Source: Gammaproteobacteria bacterium
GTDB taxonomy: Bacteria; Pseudomonadota; Gammaproteobacteria; Steroidobacterales; Foliamicaceae
Assembly: GCA_028285945.1 (NCBI GenBank)
Contig: JAPYNE010000009.1
Location: forward strand, 19,585-83,584
Length of the DNA: 64,000 nucleotides
Direction: 5' to 3'
How positions within the stretch are numbered: position 1 is the stretch's first letter; each line of letters starts with the position of its first letter. The translations under genes were made by a program, and so were the position numbers. Positions 55,063 to 64,000 of this stretch are shown piece after piece. The notes beneath the pieces were generated by a model that was given only the letters and a program-made list of their open reading frames with translations, had not been told where the DNA came from and made no database searches.

Positions 55063-55085
55063 AGCGATTTGAGCTGCTCAAGTAG
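55059..55085 (+). pseudogene. hicA: hicA toxin remnant (8 codons then TAG)
   Basis: ATGA overlap with hicB. MKRFELLK* matches the usual HicA N-terminus (MK..EL.K), and nothing HicA-like follows. Confidence 0.35.
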
Positions 55086-55186
55086 TTCCGGCATCGCGCA
55101 ATCCAAAAACGGACAGCGGAAAACCTTGAGGCCTACTTGTATAATTTTGGCTTCCAGCGAGCGGTCGCGCTTCCTGCGGGGCTTTG

Positions 55187-57046
55187 ATGCAGCCCACCGA
55201 TACACGTAATCCAGACTATTTCCATCGGGTTGTCGATTGCCAGTGGGGCTGCCCCGCGCATACCGACGTTCCCGAGTACATCCGGCTGATTGCCCAGGGG
55301 CGCTACGCGGATGCCTACATGCTCAATCGGCAGTCCAACGTGTTTCCGGCCATTCTGGGCCGGGTGTGCGACCGCCCTTGCGAGCCGGCCTGCCGGCGCG
55401 GCCGGGTGGAGGACAAGCCGGTGGCGATTTGCCGGCTCAAGCGGGTGGCGGCGGACCTGCGCGGCAATATCGACCACCGCCTGCCGCAGGCGCCGGATCA
55501 GAAGAACGGCAAGCGCGTGGCGCTGATCGGCGCCGGCTGCGCCTCGCTCACCGTGGCCAACGACTTGGCGCCGCTGGGCTACGAGCTGGTCATGTACGAA
55601 TTGCTGGACAAGCCCGGCGGGCTGATGCGCAGCAACATCCCGGCGTTCCGCCTGCCGGAGGAAGTGCTCGACGAGGAGATGGGCCAGATTCTTCGAATGG
55701 GCATCGACCTGCGCTTAGGGCAGGGCGTCACCAGCATGAAGGACCTGTTGGACAACGGCGGTTACGACGCCGTGTTCGTGGGCACCGGCGCGCCCAAGGG
55801 CAAGGAGCTGAGCTTGCCGGGCCGCCACGACACCCAGTCCGTGCATATCGGCATCGAGTGGCTGGAGAGCGTGGCTTTCGGGCATCTCGATTCCATCGGC
55901 GAGCGCGTTCTCATTATCGGCGTGGGCAACACGGCCATGGACTGCTGCCGCACCTCGCTGCGCTTGGGCGCGAAGGACGTGAAGGTGATGGCGCGCAAGC
56001 CCCGGGGCTTCTTCAAGGCTTCGGACTGGGAGCTGGAGGATGCCGAGGAGGAGCGGGTGGAAATTGTCGTCAACCATTCGCCGAAGGAATTCGTGATCGA
56101 GGACGGCAAGCTCAAGGGCATGCTCTTCGACTTGATGGAATACGACATCGACGCCGGCGGCAAAATCGCCGCCAGCCGCGCGGCCGGCGAGCAGTTCATC
56201 CCCTGCGACGAGGTGATCCTGGCGATCGGCCAGGACACCGCCTTCCCCTGGGTGGAACGCGATATCGGCATCGAGTTCGATCAGTGGGAAGTCCCGGTGG
56301 TGGATCGCGTCACTTACCAGTCCACCCGCGAAGGCGTGTTCTTCGGCGGCGACGCGGCCTTCGGCCCCGAGAACATCATCTGGGCCGTGGAGCACGGCCA
56401 CCAGGCGGCCATTTCCATCCACAAGCATTGCCATGGCGAGCCGGTTGCCGAGCGGATGCCCCGGGGCATGAACCTGCTGGCGGCCAAGATGGGCATTCAC
56501 GAATGGAGCTATTCCAACGACTACGAAACCGCGCCGCGCCGGGCCATGCAGCACATGAGCCTGGAGAAGCGCTTCCGCAAGCTGGACATCGAGGTGGAGC
56601 TGGGCTTCACGCCGGAGCAGGCGGCGCGCGAGGCCGAGCGCTGCCTGAATTGCGACATACAAACCGTGTTCGAGGCGCCGCTTTGCATCGAGTGCGATGC
56701 CTGCGTCGATATTTGCCCGGTGCATTGCCTCACCATCGCGCCCAACGGCGAGGAGGAGGAGCTGCGCGCGCGCCTCACCGCTCCGGCCCGCAATCTCGAC
56801 CAGCCGCTTTATGTTTCCGCGGAATTGCCCCAGACCGGCCGGGTGATGGTGAAGGACGAAGACCTGTGCGTGCATTGCGGCCTGTGCGCGGAACGCTGCC
56901 CCACGGCGGCCTGGGACATGCAGAAATCCGAGTTGCTCGTCCCTTATGCGAGCCACGAGGCGGGCGCCCGCCCGCCCGCGGGATCCGCGCCGCGGAAGGA
57001 GCCGCAATTCGATGAGGGGGCCGGTCAGGTGCGCTCAGCCGCCTGA
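55187..57046 (+). CDS. FAD/NAD(P)-dependent oxidoreductase with Fe-S domains (glutamate synthase small-subunit-like)
   Basis: N-terminal Cys cluster (CQWGCPAHTDVPEYI...CDRPCEPAC), Rossmann VALIGAGCASL, second dinucleotide site VLIIGVGNTAMD, C-terminal 2x[4Fe-4S] CLNCD...CIECDACVDICP / CVHCGLCAERCP. Confidence 0.8.
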   Translation: MQPTDTRNPDYFHRVVDCQWGCPAHTDVPEYIRLIAQGRYADAYMLNRQSNVFPAILGRVCDRPCEPACRRGRVEDKPVAICRLKRVAADLRGNIDHRLPQAPDQKNGKRVALIGAGCASLTVANDLAPLGYELVMYELLDKPGGLMRSNIPAFRLPEEVLDEEMGQILRMGIDLRLGQGVTSMKDLLDNGGYDAVFVGTGAPKGKELSLPGRHDTQSVHIGIEWLESVAFGHLDSIGERVLIIGVGNTAMDCCRTSLRLGAKDVKVMARKPRGFFKASDWELEDAEEERVEIVVNHSPKEFVIEDGKLKGMLFDLMEYDIDAGGKIAASRAAGEQFIPCDEVILAIGQDTAFPWVERDIGIEFDQWEVPVVDRVTYQSTREGVFFGGDAAFGPENIIWAVEHGHQAAISIHKHCHGEPVAERMPRGMNLLAAKMGIHEWSYSNDYETAPRRAMQHMSLEKRFRKLDIEVELGFTPEQAAREAERCLNCDIQTVFEAPLCIECDACVDICPVHCLTIAPNGEEEELRARLTAPARNLDQPLYVSAELPQTGRVMVKDEDLCVHCGLCAERCPTAAWDMQKSELLVPYASHEAGARPPAGSAPRKEPQFDEGAGQVRSAA

Positions 57047-57063
57047 GTGGGGCGCTAAGGCTT

Positions 57064-58863
57064 ATGCCGTCAGACAACGACTTCACGATTCGCATCGCCA
57101 ATGTGAACGGCACGGGTTCGGCCAGCGCCAATTCCCTGCTGATGAAAACCCTGTTCCGGATGGGCATTCCGGTGGCCGGCAAGAACTTCTTCCCGTCCAA
57201 CATCCAGGGCTTGCCCACTTGGTACGAGGTGCGCGCCAGCCACCGCGGCTATCTGGCGCGCTCGGGCAGCGTCGATATCGCGGTGGCCATGAACGCCGAG
57301 ACCTACCAGCGCGATCTTCGCGAGCTGTCGTCCGGCGGATACCTGATATACGACTCCACCTGGCCGCGCCGCGACGTGCTGCGCCGCGAGGACGTGAGCA
57401 TACTGGCCGTGCCGCTGGCGCGCCTGTGCAACGAGAGCTTCGACAACGCCCGCGCCCGCATCCTGATGAAGAACATCGCCTATGTGGGCGTGCTGGCCGC
57501 GCTGCTGGAGCTCGATCTCGACATCATCCGCGAATTGCTGCGCGAAACCTTCGCCCGCAAGAAGCCGCTGCTTGAAGCCAACCAAACCGCCATCGGCATG
57601 GGATACGACTATGCGCGGGAGCATCTGAACTGCCCGCTGCCGTTCGTGGCCCGTTCCATGGACGGGCCGGGATCGAAGATCATCATCGACGGCAACACCG
57701 CCGCCGCGCTGGGCTGCGTGTATGCCGGCGCCACCTTCGGCGCCTGGTACCCGATCACGCCCTCCACCTCGCTGATGGATGCTTTTCGCAGCTTTTGCGC
57801 TCGTTTCCGCACCGCCGAGGACGGCGCGCGCGACTACTGCGTGATTCAGGCCGAGGACGAGCTGGCGGCCATCGGCATGGTGCTGGGCGCGAGCTGGAAC
57901 GGCGCCCGGGCCTTCACGCCCACTTCGGGGCCCGGCATCTCGCTGATGTCGGAATTCCTGGGCTACGGCTACTACGCCGAGATTCCCGCCGTGCTGTTCG
58001 ATGTGCAGCGGGTGGGCCCCTCCACGGGCATGCCCACCCGCACCCAGCAGGGCGACATACTGTCCAGCGCCTACGCATCGCATGGCGACACCCGCCATGT
58101 GCTGCTGTTTCCATCCAGCCCCAAGGAATGCTTCGAGTTGGCGGCGGCGGCCTTTGATTTGGCCGAGAGGCTGCAAACCCCGGTCATCGTGCTGTCCGAT
58201 CTGGATTTGGGCATGAACGACTGGGTGAGCGAGGAATTGACTTGGGACGACAGCTACCGGCCGGACCGGGGCAAGGTGCTGGGCGCGGAGGAGCTTGAGA
58301 AGGCGGAGGCGTTCCACCGCTATCTGGATGTGGACGGAGACGGCGTTCCGTACCGCACGCTGCCGGGCGAGCATCCCAAGGGGGCCTTTTTCACGCGCGG
58401 ATCCGGCCACAATAGTCACGGCGGCTACACTGAGAACGCTGGCGAGTACCAAGAAGTCATGGATCGGCTGCGCCGGAAGTGGGACTACGCCGCCACCATC
58501 GTGCCGGCGGCGGAAATCCGCCCGGCCAAGGGCGCGCAGGCGGGTCTGATCACCATGGGCACCGGCGATTCCGCCTGCCGCGAGGCGGCGGACATTCTGG
58601 CCGGCCGCGGCGTGGCGCTGGATTACATGCGGATTCGGGCCTTTCCCTTCGGCGAGGAAGTCTGGCGTTTCCTGCGCGGGCATTCGCGCGTTTACGTGGT
58701 TGAGCAAAACCGCGATGCCCAATTGCGCGCGCTGCTGATCAACGAGGCGGGCGGGCGCGCCGAGCAGCTGGTGGAGGTGCTGCACTACAACGGCATGCCG
58801 CTTCCCGCCACTGCGGTGGTGAGCGCCATTGAAGCGGACATGACGAGGGTTCAGGCGGCATGA
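57064..58863 (+). CDS. korA: 2-oxoacid:ferredoxin (acceptor) oxidoreductase alpha subunit
   Basis: IRIANVNGTGSASANSLLMKTLFRMGIPVAGKNFFPSNIQGLPTWYEVR. 599 aa, typical of two-subunit OFOR alpha. Confidence 0.85.
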   Translation: MPSDNDFTIRIANVNGTGSASANSLLMKTLFRMGIPVAGKNFFPSNIQGLPTWYEVRASHRGYLARSGSVDIAVAMNAETYQRDLRELSSGGYLIYDSTWPRRDVLRREDVSILAVPLARLCNESFDNARARILMKNIAYVGVLAALLELDLDIIRELLRETFARKKPLLEANQTAIGMGYDYAREHLNCPLPFVARSMDGPGSKIIIDGNTAAALGCVYAGATFGAWYPITPSTSLMDAFRSFCARFRTAEDGARDYCVIQAEDELAAIGMVLGASWNGARAFTPTSGPGISLMSEFLGYGYYAEIPAVLFDVQRVGPSTGMPTRTQQGDILSSAYASHGDTRHVLLFPSSPKECFELAAAAFDLAERLQTPVIVLSDLDLGMNDWVSEELTWDDSYRPDRGKVLGAEELEKAEAFHRYLDVDGDGVPYRTLPGEHPKGAFFTRGSGHNSHGGYTENAGEYQEVMDRLRRKWDYAATIVPAAEIRPAKGAQAGLITMGTGDSACREAADILAGRGVALDYMRIRAFPFGEEVWRFLRGHSRVYVVEQNRDAQLRALLINEAGGRAEQLVEVLHYNGMPLPATAVVSAIEADMTRVQAA

Positions 58864-59915
58864 GCTATATCGCCCGCCCCAAAGTCAGCCATCCCGCGCT
58901 GGCCCGCAACGACCTGGGCCTGACCATGCGCGATTACCAGGGCGGCATGTCCACGCTGTGCGCGGGGTGCGGGCACGACTCGATCACCGGCTCGCTGATT
59001 CAGGCTGTTTTCGAGCTTTCCATCCCGCCCCACCGGATGGCCAAGCTCAGCGGCATCGGCTGTTCCTCCAAAACGCCCGCCTATTTCGCCTCGTCGTCGC
59101 ACGGGTTCAATTCGGTGCATGGGCGCATGCCTTCCGTGGGCACCGGCGCGGCGGCCGTGAACGGCCGGCTGCAATACATCGGGATTTCCGGCGACGGCGA
59201 CTCGCTGTCGATCGGCATCGGCCAGTTCGTGCATGCCATGCGCCGCAACCTCAACATGCTGTACCTGATTGAGGACAACGGCGTTTACGGGCTCACCAAG
59301 GGCCAGTTCTCGGCCTCGGCGGACACCGGCAGCACCGCCAAGCGCGGCGAGGTGAACGAGCAGCCGGCCATCGACCCCTGCCTGCTGGCCATTGCCGCGG
59401 GATGCGGTTTCGTGGCGCGCGGTTTTTCCGGCGACCGCGCCCAGCTCGTGCCGCTGCTCAAGGCCGGCCTGTCGCATCGCGGGTTCGCCATGATCGATGT
59501 GATCTCGCCCTGCGTGACCTTCAATGACCATGAGGGCTCCACCAAGAGCTACCGCTTTACCCGCGAGAATGCGTTCCCGATCGACCACACGGATTTGATT
59601 CCCCCGGAAGCGGAGATCAAGGCCGATATTGGCCGAGGGGAATCGCAGCGCGTGGAATTGCATGGAGGCGGCAGCATCCTGTTGCGCAAACTGGCCCGGG
59701 AATACGATATCGGCGACCGGGGCGAGGCCTACCGCTATCTCGACGCGCGCCAAGGCAAGGGCGAGGTTGTGACCGGTTTGCTTTTTCTTCAGGAAGGCGG
59801 GGCCGACATGCACGAGCTCAGCCGGCTGGGAGAAACGCCGCTGGCGGCTCTCCCCTACGGCCGCCTCTGTCCGGGATCGGATGCCTTGGCCGAACTGCAG
59901 AATCGCCTGCGTTAG
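58860..59915 (+). CDS. korB: 2-oxoacid:ferredoxin oxidoreductase beta subunit (TPP/Fe-S)
   Basis: CAGCGHDSI Fe-S/TPP motif and GISGDGDSLSIG. ATGA overlap with korA. Confidence 0.85.
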   Translation: MSYIARPKVSHPALARNDLGLTMRDYQGGMSTLCAGCGHDSITGSLIQAVFELSIPPHRMAKLSGIGCSSKTPAYFASSSHGFNSVHGRMPSVGTGAAAVNGRLQYIGISGDGDSLSIGIGQFVHAMRRNLNMLYLIEDNGVYGLTKGQFSASADTGSTAKRGEVNEQPAIDPCLLAIAAGCGFVARGFSGDRAQLVPLLKAGLSHRGFAMIDVISPCVTFNDHEGSTKSYRFTRENAFPIDHTDLIPPEAEIKADIGRGESQRVELHGGGSILLRKLAREYDIGDRGEAYRYLDARQGKGEVVTGLLFLQEGGADMHELSRLGETPLAALPYGRLCPGSDALAELQNRLR

Positions 59916-60589
59916 CGCGGGCGCTGTCCAACCAGCAGGGTGTTGGGCAACTCGCGCCAGGCGCAACGGGCCTCGAAGCCGGCGCTGCGCATGGCGCGGA
60001 GTTCATCGTCCAGCGGAAAGTAGGTGTCTTCGCCCGCCCACTCCTTGAAGTGCTTGTAGGCGCGAGCCCTGTCGATGCCGCGGGCTTGCAAGTGGGCGGC
60101 CCAATGGGCGTAATCCGCATCGCGCTGGGCGCCGGAAGCGGGCATCGTGACATCCGCATTCACGAATACGCCGCCGGGGGCCAGCGCTTCGCAAATCCGC
60201 CCGTAGAGCCGGGTCTTGTCCGCCATCAGCGGCACGTGGTGCAGCGCCAAGGATGCGGCCGCCGCATCGCATGAAGGCAATGGGTCGAGGAAGGATTCCT
60301 GCCTGAAGCGCGCCCGGTTCCCGAAGCGCTTGAGCCGCGCCCTGGCCACGGCGAGCATCTCCGCATCCACATCCAGCAGCTCCACCACGGCCGTATCCGA
60401 TTGCGCGAGGATGAACTCGGACAACGCTCCCGTTCCGGCGCCTAGGTCGAGAACCTTCCGGGGCCTTGCGCGAGCAACCTCCTCCGCGGCCCGCAAAAGC
60501 CCCGTTTCATATCCCGGAATGAACTTCCGTATGCTCTGATCGTAGGATTCAATTTCGAGCCGGAGGTGGCGCCTGACGGAATGGTTCAT
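59912..60589 (-). CDS. class I SAM-dependent methyltransferase
   Basis: Motif I VLDLGAGTGALSEFI. 225 aa. Confidence 0.75.
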   Translation of the reverse strand: MNHSVRRHLRLEIESYDQSIRKFIPGYETGLLRAAEEVARARPRKVLDLGAGTGALSEFILAQSDTAVVELLDVDAEMLAVARARLKRFGNRARFRQESFLDPLPSCDAAAASLALHHVPLMADKTRLYGRICEALAPGGVFVNADVTMPASGAQRDADYAHWAAHLQARGIDRARAYKHFKEWAGEDTYFPLDDELRAMRSAGFEARCAWRELPNTLLVGQRPR

Positions 60590-60661
60590 GGGTTGCGGGA
60601 AGGCTTTTAGGCGAAGCGGGGCCCAAGAGGTATTCTAGGCGCTGGCAACGGGGGAAGCAGA

Positions 60662-61168
60662 GTGGCGGACCAAGACATCATCGATCAAAAGGGCTACAGG
60701 CGCGGCGTGGGAATTGTCGTTTGCGACCGCCGCGCAAGGGTGCTGCTGGCCCGCCGCCGCGACCATCGGGGCTGGCAGTTTCCGCAAGGCGGGGTGAGGC
60801 CGGACGAATCGCCGCGTGACGCCATGTACCGCGAACTGAAGGAGGAGCTCGGCTTGGATCCGGCGGATGTGCGCGAAGTGGCCCGCATGCGAAGTTGGGT
60901 GAGCTATCGCCTGCCCGCGCGCTACCGGCGTTCGGCGGAGTCTCCATGCATCGGGCAGAAGCAGCTCTGGTGGCTGTTGCGTCTGGAGTCCGGCGACGGG
61001 GCGGTGCGCCTCGAACTCGCCGACGAACCCGAGTTCGACGACTGGAAGTGGGTGGATTACTGGCTTCCGGCGAGGGAAGTCGTGTTCTTCAAGCGCGCGG
61101 TTTACAGGCAGGTGCTTAAGGAGCTTGAGGAGAGCATCGCTGTGCGGGCGGCGGGCTCCATGCGGTAA
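60662..61168 (+). CDS. rppH: RNA pyrophosphohydrolase (Nudix)
   Basis: GYRRGVGIVVCD, and Nudix box GWQFPQGGVRPDESPRDAMYRELKEELGL. Confidence 0.85.
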   Translation: MADQDIIDQKGYRRGVGIVVCDRRARVLLARRRDHRGWQFPQGGVRPDESPRDAMYRELKEELGLDPADVREVARMRSWVSYRLPARYRRSAESPCIGQKQLWWLLRLESGDGAVRLELADEPEFDDWKWVDYWLPAREVVFFKRAVYRQVLKELEESIAVRAAGSMR

Positions 61169-61255
61169 AGTAACGGGATATTTCCTATTGCGGGCCTATC
61201 GGCTGCATTGGGAGAGTAGCCACTGTCGGGTAATTTGCCTGCTTGAGATTCGGGC

Positions 61256-61933
61256 GTGCTGGGCCAAAACAAAATTCTCGTATGGAGCGGGCGCTACTCC
61301 GCCGCGGTCATCATATTGCTTGCCGCCTTGTTCGCCGTCGGCGGCGGCGCGGGCTGGTGGTTGCAAGGCCAGCGGTTGAGCGACAAAATTGCCGGCATGC
61401 AGGCGCGCATCGAGAGCTTGGAGATGCGCAACCTCGAGCTCAGCCGGATGATTGATGAGGAGGCCATGGCGGCGCTGAGGTCGCAGGTGCGAAACCTGCA
61501 GGGCCAAGTGATGAACCAGAGGATGACGATCCAGGGTCTTCAGGAGATCATCACGCCGCAGGAGGCGCGGGCGGGCTTGAGGATCCACTCGGTCAATGTG
61601 GAGTCTGGCGCCGAGGTGCAGGATTACCGGCTGAGCCTGGGGCTGACGCAGGCGCTGCTGGCCAGATCGCAGCGCGCCCGCGGCCATGTGGAGTTGCTGC
61701 TGGCCGGCACGATGGACGGCGGCGGCGCGGAACTGCCGCTGGAGGAAGTTAGCAAGCGAGGGACCCGCCGCATTGAATTCAACTTCGCAAGCAGCACGAT
61801 TCTGCGCGCTGACATGACCTTGCCATACCGCTTCGAACCTAGCACAATCACTGTGCGCGTAACGCCCGATCCGGACGAGGAGCACCAATTCGAGCGCGAG
61901 TTCCCTTGGGTTTTGCGCCCGCCAAAAACATGA
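61256..61933 (+). CDS. membrane-anchored coiled-coil protein (DUF6776-like), upstream partner of bactofilin
   Basis: N-terminal TM AAVIILLAALFAVGGGAGWW, then coiled coil MQARIESLEMRNLELSRMIDEE... Confidence 0.6.
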   Translation: MLGQNKILVWSGRYSAAVIILLAALFAVGGGAGWWLQGQRLSDKIAGMQARIESLEMRNLELSRMIDEEAMAALRSQVRNLQGQVMNQRMTIQGLQEIITPQEARAGLRIHSVNVESGAEVQDYRLSLGLTQALLARSQRARGHVELLLAGTMDGGGAELPLEEVSKRGTRRIEFNFASSTILRADMTLPYRFEPSTITVRVTPDPDEEHQFEREFPWVLRPPKT

Positions 61934-62361
61934 AGACTCGAATGACCAAGTCCATTACCACGCTGGTTGGGGCCGATACCAGCATTGCCGGCAACCTGCT
62001 GTTCGGGCGAGGCTGCCATGTGGCCGGCCTTGTTCAGGGCGACGTGATGGGCAAAGACGACGGGAAGGCCGAGCTCACCATGGCGCAGAGCGGAAGGATC
62101 GAGGGCAACGCGCGTGCCTTGCGCATGCTCATTGAAGGCACGGTCGTGGGCGACCTTTTCTGCGCCGGGACCGTTTCCCTAGGCGCCTCGGCTCGGGTGG
62201 AAGGATCCATCGAGTACGAAAAAATCGAAATCGAAAAAGGGGCTGTGGTGACCGGCTTGCTAAGGAGAAAGGGCGCGGACGCGGTCGCGCAGGCCGCAGT
62301 GGAACCCGATGATTCAGCCGAACTAGCGGGCGCGGCGCAAGCGCAGGCATTGCCGGGCTGA
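61930..62361 (+). CDS. bactofilin-family cytoskeletal protein
   Basis: MKTRMTKSITTLVGADTSIAGNLLFGRGCHVAGLVQGDV...IEGTVVGDLFCAGTVSLGASARVEGSIEY beta-helical repeats. ATGA overlap with the upstream gene. Confidence 0.8.
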   Translation: MKTRMTKSITTLVGADTSIAGNLLFGRGCHVAGLVQGDVMGKDDGKAELTMAQSGRIEGNARALRMLIEGTVVGDLFCAGTVSLGASARVEGSIEYEKIEIEKGAVVTGLLRRKGADAVAQAAVEPDDSAELAGAAQAQALPG

Positions 62362-62370
62362 GCCGCAGCT

Positions 62371-62733
62371 ATGGAACCGCAGTACCACGCACCCGAACAG
62401 GAGAGCGCTCCGCTCATCTTTACCGAGGCGGCGGCCCGCAAGGTGGGGGAGCTGCTCAAGGAGGAGGACAACCCCGAGTTGATGCTGCGCGTGTACATTT
62501 CCGGCGGCGGCTGCTCGGGTTTTCAATATGGCTTTACGTTTGACGAAAAGCGCGAGGAAGGCGACGCGGAAGTGGAGCAACTGGGCGTTACCTTGCTGGT
62601 GGATCCAACGAGCCTGCAATATCTCGAAGGCGCCGAAATCGACTTCAAGGACGACCTGAGCGGCGCCCGGTTCGTGATCCGCAACCCCAACGCGCAAAGC
62701 ACCTGCGGCTGCGGTTCAAGCTTTTCGGCCTGA
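62371..62733 (+). CDS. erpA: iron-sulfur cluster insertion protein ErpA (IscA family)
   Basis: [20 protein letters not shown] and C-terminal CGCGSSFSA. Confidence 0.9.
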   Translation: MEPQYHAPEQESAPLIFTEAAARKVGELLKEEDNPELMLRVYISGGGCSGFQYGFTFDEKREEGDAEVEQLGVTLLVDPTSLQYLEGAEIDFKDDLSGARFVIRNPNAQSTCGCGSSFSA

Positions 62734-62793
62734 GCCGCCAAACAGGGCCAAGGTGGCAAAACTTCCGAGGCCCGAAGCCTCCCAATTGAAGCG

Positions 62794-63297
62794 ATGAACC
62801 CGCTGCTGGCCAGCGCCCTGCTCGCGCTCGCGCAAGGTCCTTACAGTCCGGCGCCGCCCGGCCAGGCGCCGCCGGACGCGCCTCTATGGATTGCCGGCCA
62901 GATGGTCGAGGAACATGCATTCCGCGTGACCGCCGAGTTCCAGTGCCCGCCGGAAGCGGTCGGCGAGGTCTTGCAGGTGTCCATTTCGGACACCGTGGCG
63001 CGCGCCGAGTTCAGCGGCGAGGAAAGCAATGGCCGGCGGGAGTTGACCCTTCGGGTTCCAAGCAAGCAATTGCAGGGCTTGAGGCCGGAGCTGTTTTGCC
63101 CCCGGCCAGCCGGAGCGGAGCAGCAGGTTTTGCGGCTTGCGTCGAGGTTCACCGCGCAGGGCGCATTGATATGCCGCGATGCAGCAGGGAAGAAAGCGTT
63201 GGCGCATCGCTCCGTAGTGCTGGATGCATGGGTGCTGTGCCCGCCCGCCCCGGCGGCCACCGGACCCGAAATCAGCCCGAATGGAGATCCGGAGTGA
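62794..63297 (+). CDS. hypothetical secreted protein
   Basis: 167-aa ORF with an N-terminal signal-like MNPLLASALLALAQG. No family recognised. Confidence 0.45.
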   Translation: MNPLLASALLALAQGPYSPAPPGQAPPDAPLWIAGQMVEEHAFRVTAEFQCPPEAVGEVLQVSISDTVARAEFSGEESNGRRELTLRVPSKQLQGLRPELFCPRPAGAEQQVLRLASRFTAQGALICRDAAGKKALAHRSVVLDAWVLCPPAPAATGPEISPNGDPE

Positions 63298-63299
63298 GG

Positions 63300-63740
63300 A
63301 TGATCTTGCCGAAGTGATTGCGCGGTTTCCTCGCCAATGGTCATAAGGCCTATGTCGATGACCTGCTGATCCGTGTCGCGGCGCACCAGCGCCGGCACAT
63401 CGTCGCGCTTGTAGTTATAGGCCGCGTCTGCGCCCCATTGCCGGGCCATATCGAGCTTGGGGGAGCGGCTGGCGGTGCCGGCCACCCAGCAGCCCGCCCA
63501 TTTCGCGATCTGAAGGGCGGCGCTGCCCCCCGCCCGACGCAACGGCTTCGATCAGCACGCGGCTGCCCTTTCCGCATTCCGGCCACCGCGTCCAGCACGT
63601 GCCATGCCGTCAGCCAGCTAGCCGGAATGCGACTGAACCGATCCCGGGCGGCGGCATCCGGCAGCGGCTCGCGCTGGCCACCTTCCACATCCACGACGAA
63701 CTGAAGAAGTTGGCCCTGGCGCGCGGCGTAGCTGCCTAAG
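63300..63740 (-). pseudogene. zinc-type dehydrogenase / quinone oxidoreductase remnant (frameshifted, truncated at both ends)
   Basis: Two minus-strand frames carry consecutive MDR pieces: ...GSYAARQGQLLQFVVDVEGGQREPLPDAA...LTAWHVLDAVAGMRKGQ and AGGSAALQIAKWAGCWVAGTASRSPKLDMARQWGADAAYNYKRDD. Confidence 0.55.
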
Positions 63741-63742
63741 CG

Positions 63743-64000
63743 CTATCTGGCGTTGGACAAGGCGAGCAACCTCGGATTGGATGTGGCAAAGTCCTCATGT
63801 ATTGAACTGTCCAAGATCAGCGATTGGTGCGCCGAACGGGAAATCCAATTTGTCGAATACCTAGTGCCCGACTTCAACGGCATTGCCAAAGGCAAGACGC
63901 TTGAAGTTGCGGCCCTTGACGCAGGGGAGATACGCATCGCCGAAGCCATCTTCGGCCAGGACATTCTTGGCAGGTGGGTGGAAGACCGCGAGCTTATTGA
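63743..64000 (+). CDS. glutamine synthetase-family protein (N-terminal part; runs off the window)
   Basis: Manual translation: ...ISDWCAEREIQFVEYLVPDFNGIAKGKTLEVAALDAGEIRIAEAIFGQD, the GS beta-grasp N-domain pattern. Start uncertain (TTG 63743, TTG 63767 or GTG 63773). Confidence 0.55.

Larger units (their letters stand above)
47600..55090. other. accessory/defence island 3 (vapB-vapC', hsdRMS + ATPase/Toprim, hicB-hicA')
   Basis: The block sits between two metabolic operons and both ends are marked by toxin-antitoxin remnants. hsdS and the downstream genes are markedly AT-richer. Confidence 0.6.

Noticed and set aside
55140-55145. TATAAT hexamer upstream of the FAD/FeS oxidoreductase gene, as its promoter -10
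   Set aside because: No acceptable -35 is found at 16-18 bp spacing (CGGAAA). It cannot be supported from sequence alone.
55237-57015. 592-aa plus-strand alternate-frame ORF and 430-aa minus-strand ORF (55715-57007)
   Set aside because: Both overlap the FAD/FeS oxidoreductase frame, which carries Rossmann and ferredoxin Cys motifs. The alternates are Arg/Gly/Pro-rich with no motifs.
57070-58785. 571-aa minus-strand ORF
   Set aside because: It is antisense to korA and is a shadow ORF of GC-rich coding DNA.

Overview
GC-rich, proteobacterial-looking chromosomal segment, densely coding on both strands. All calls come from reading the six-frame translations and the nucleotide sequence by eye. 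No database or HMM search was run, so family names rest on motif recognition. Backbone genes: MacAB-like ABC efflux genes, yhhQ, a radical-SAM gene, a TolC-fusion/MFP/RND efflux operon, two GSTs, a CoA-transferase, a TonB-dependent receptor, a dihydroorotase-like + CN-hydrolase pair, an FAD/FeS oxidoreductase + korAB-type 2-oxoacid:ferredoxin oxidoreductase, rppH, bactofilin and erpA. Three visibly AT-richer accessory islands carrying defence genes interrupt this backbone. Island 1 (~9.9-23.2 kb) holds a small ORF + Fic, a complete SspABCD-SspE phosphorothioate modification/restriction cluster, and an amber-interrupted ABC-ATPase/Toprim fusion. It is bracketed by two DUF1640 paralogues and abuts hipB plus a hipA remnant. 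Island 2 (~39.0-44.9 kb) holds a type II Zorya-like zorA-zorB-HNH(zorE) cluster, higBA and an ankyrin lipoprotein. Island 3 (~47.6-55.1 kb) holds vapB plus a vapC remnant, a type I R-M hsdRMS operon translationally coupled to an ABC-ATPase + Toprim-like pair, and hicB plus a hicA remnant. The best candidates for something not yet described are the ATPase/Toprim modules appended to both restriction modules, and an uncharacterised methyltransferase / small protein / membrane protein operon at the window centre. No rRNA, tRNA, CRISPR array, integrase or transposase was recognised. Many long ORFs in the track are antisense or alternate-frame shadows typical of GC-rich DNA and were rejected.
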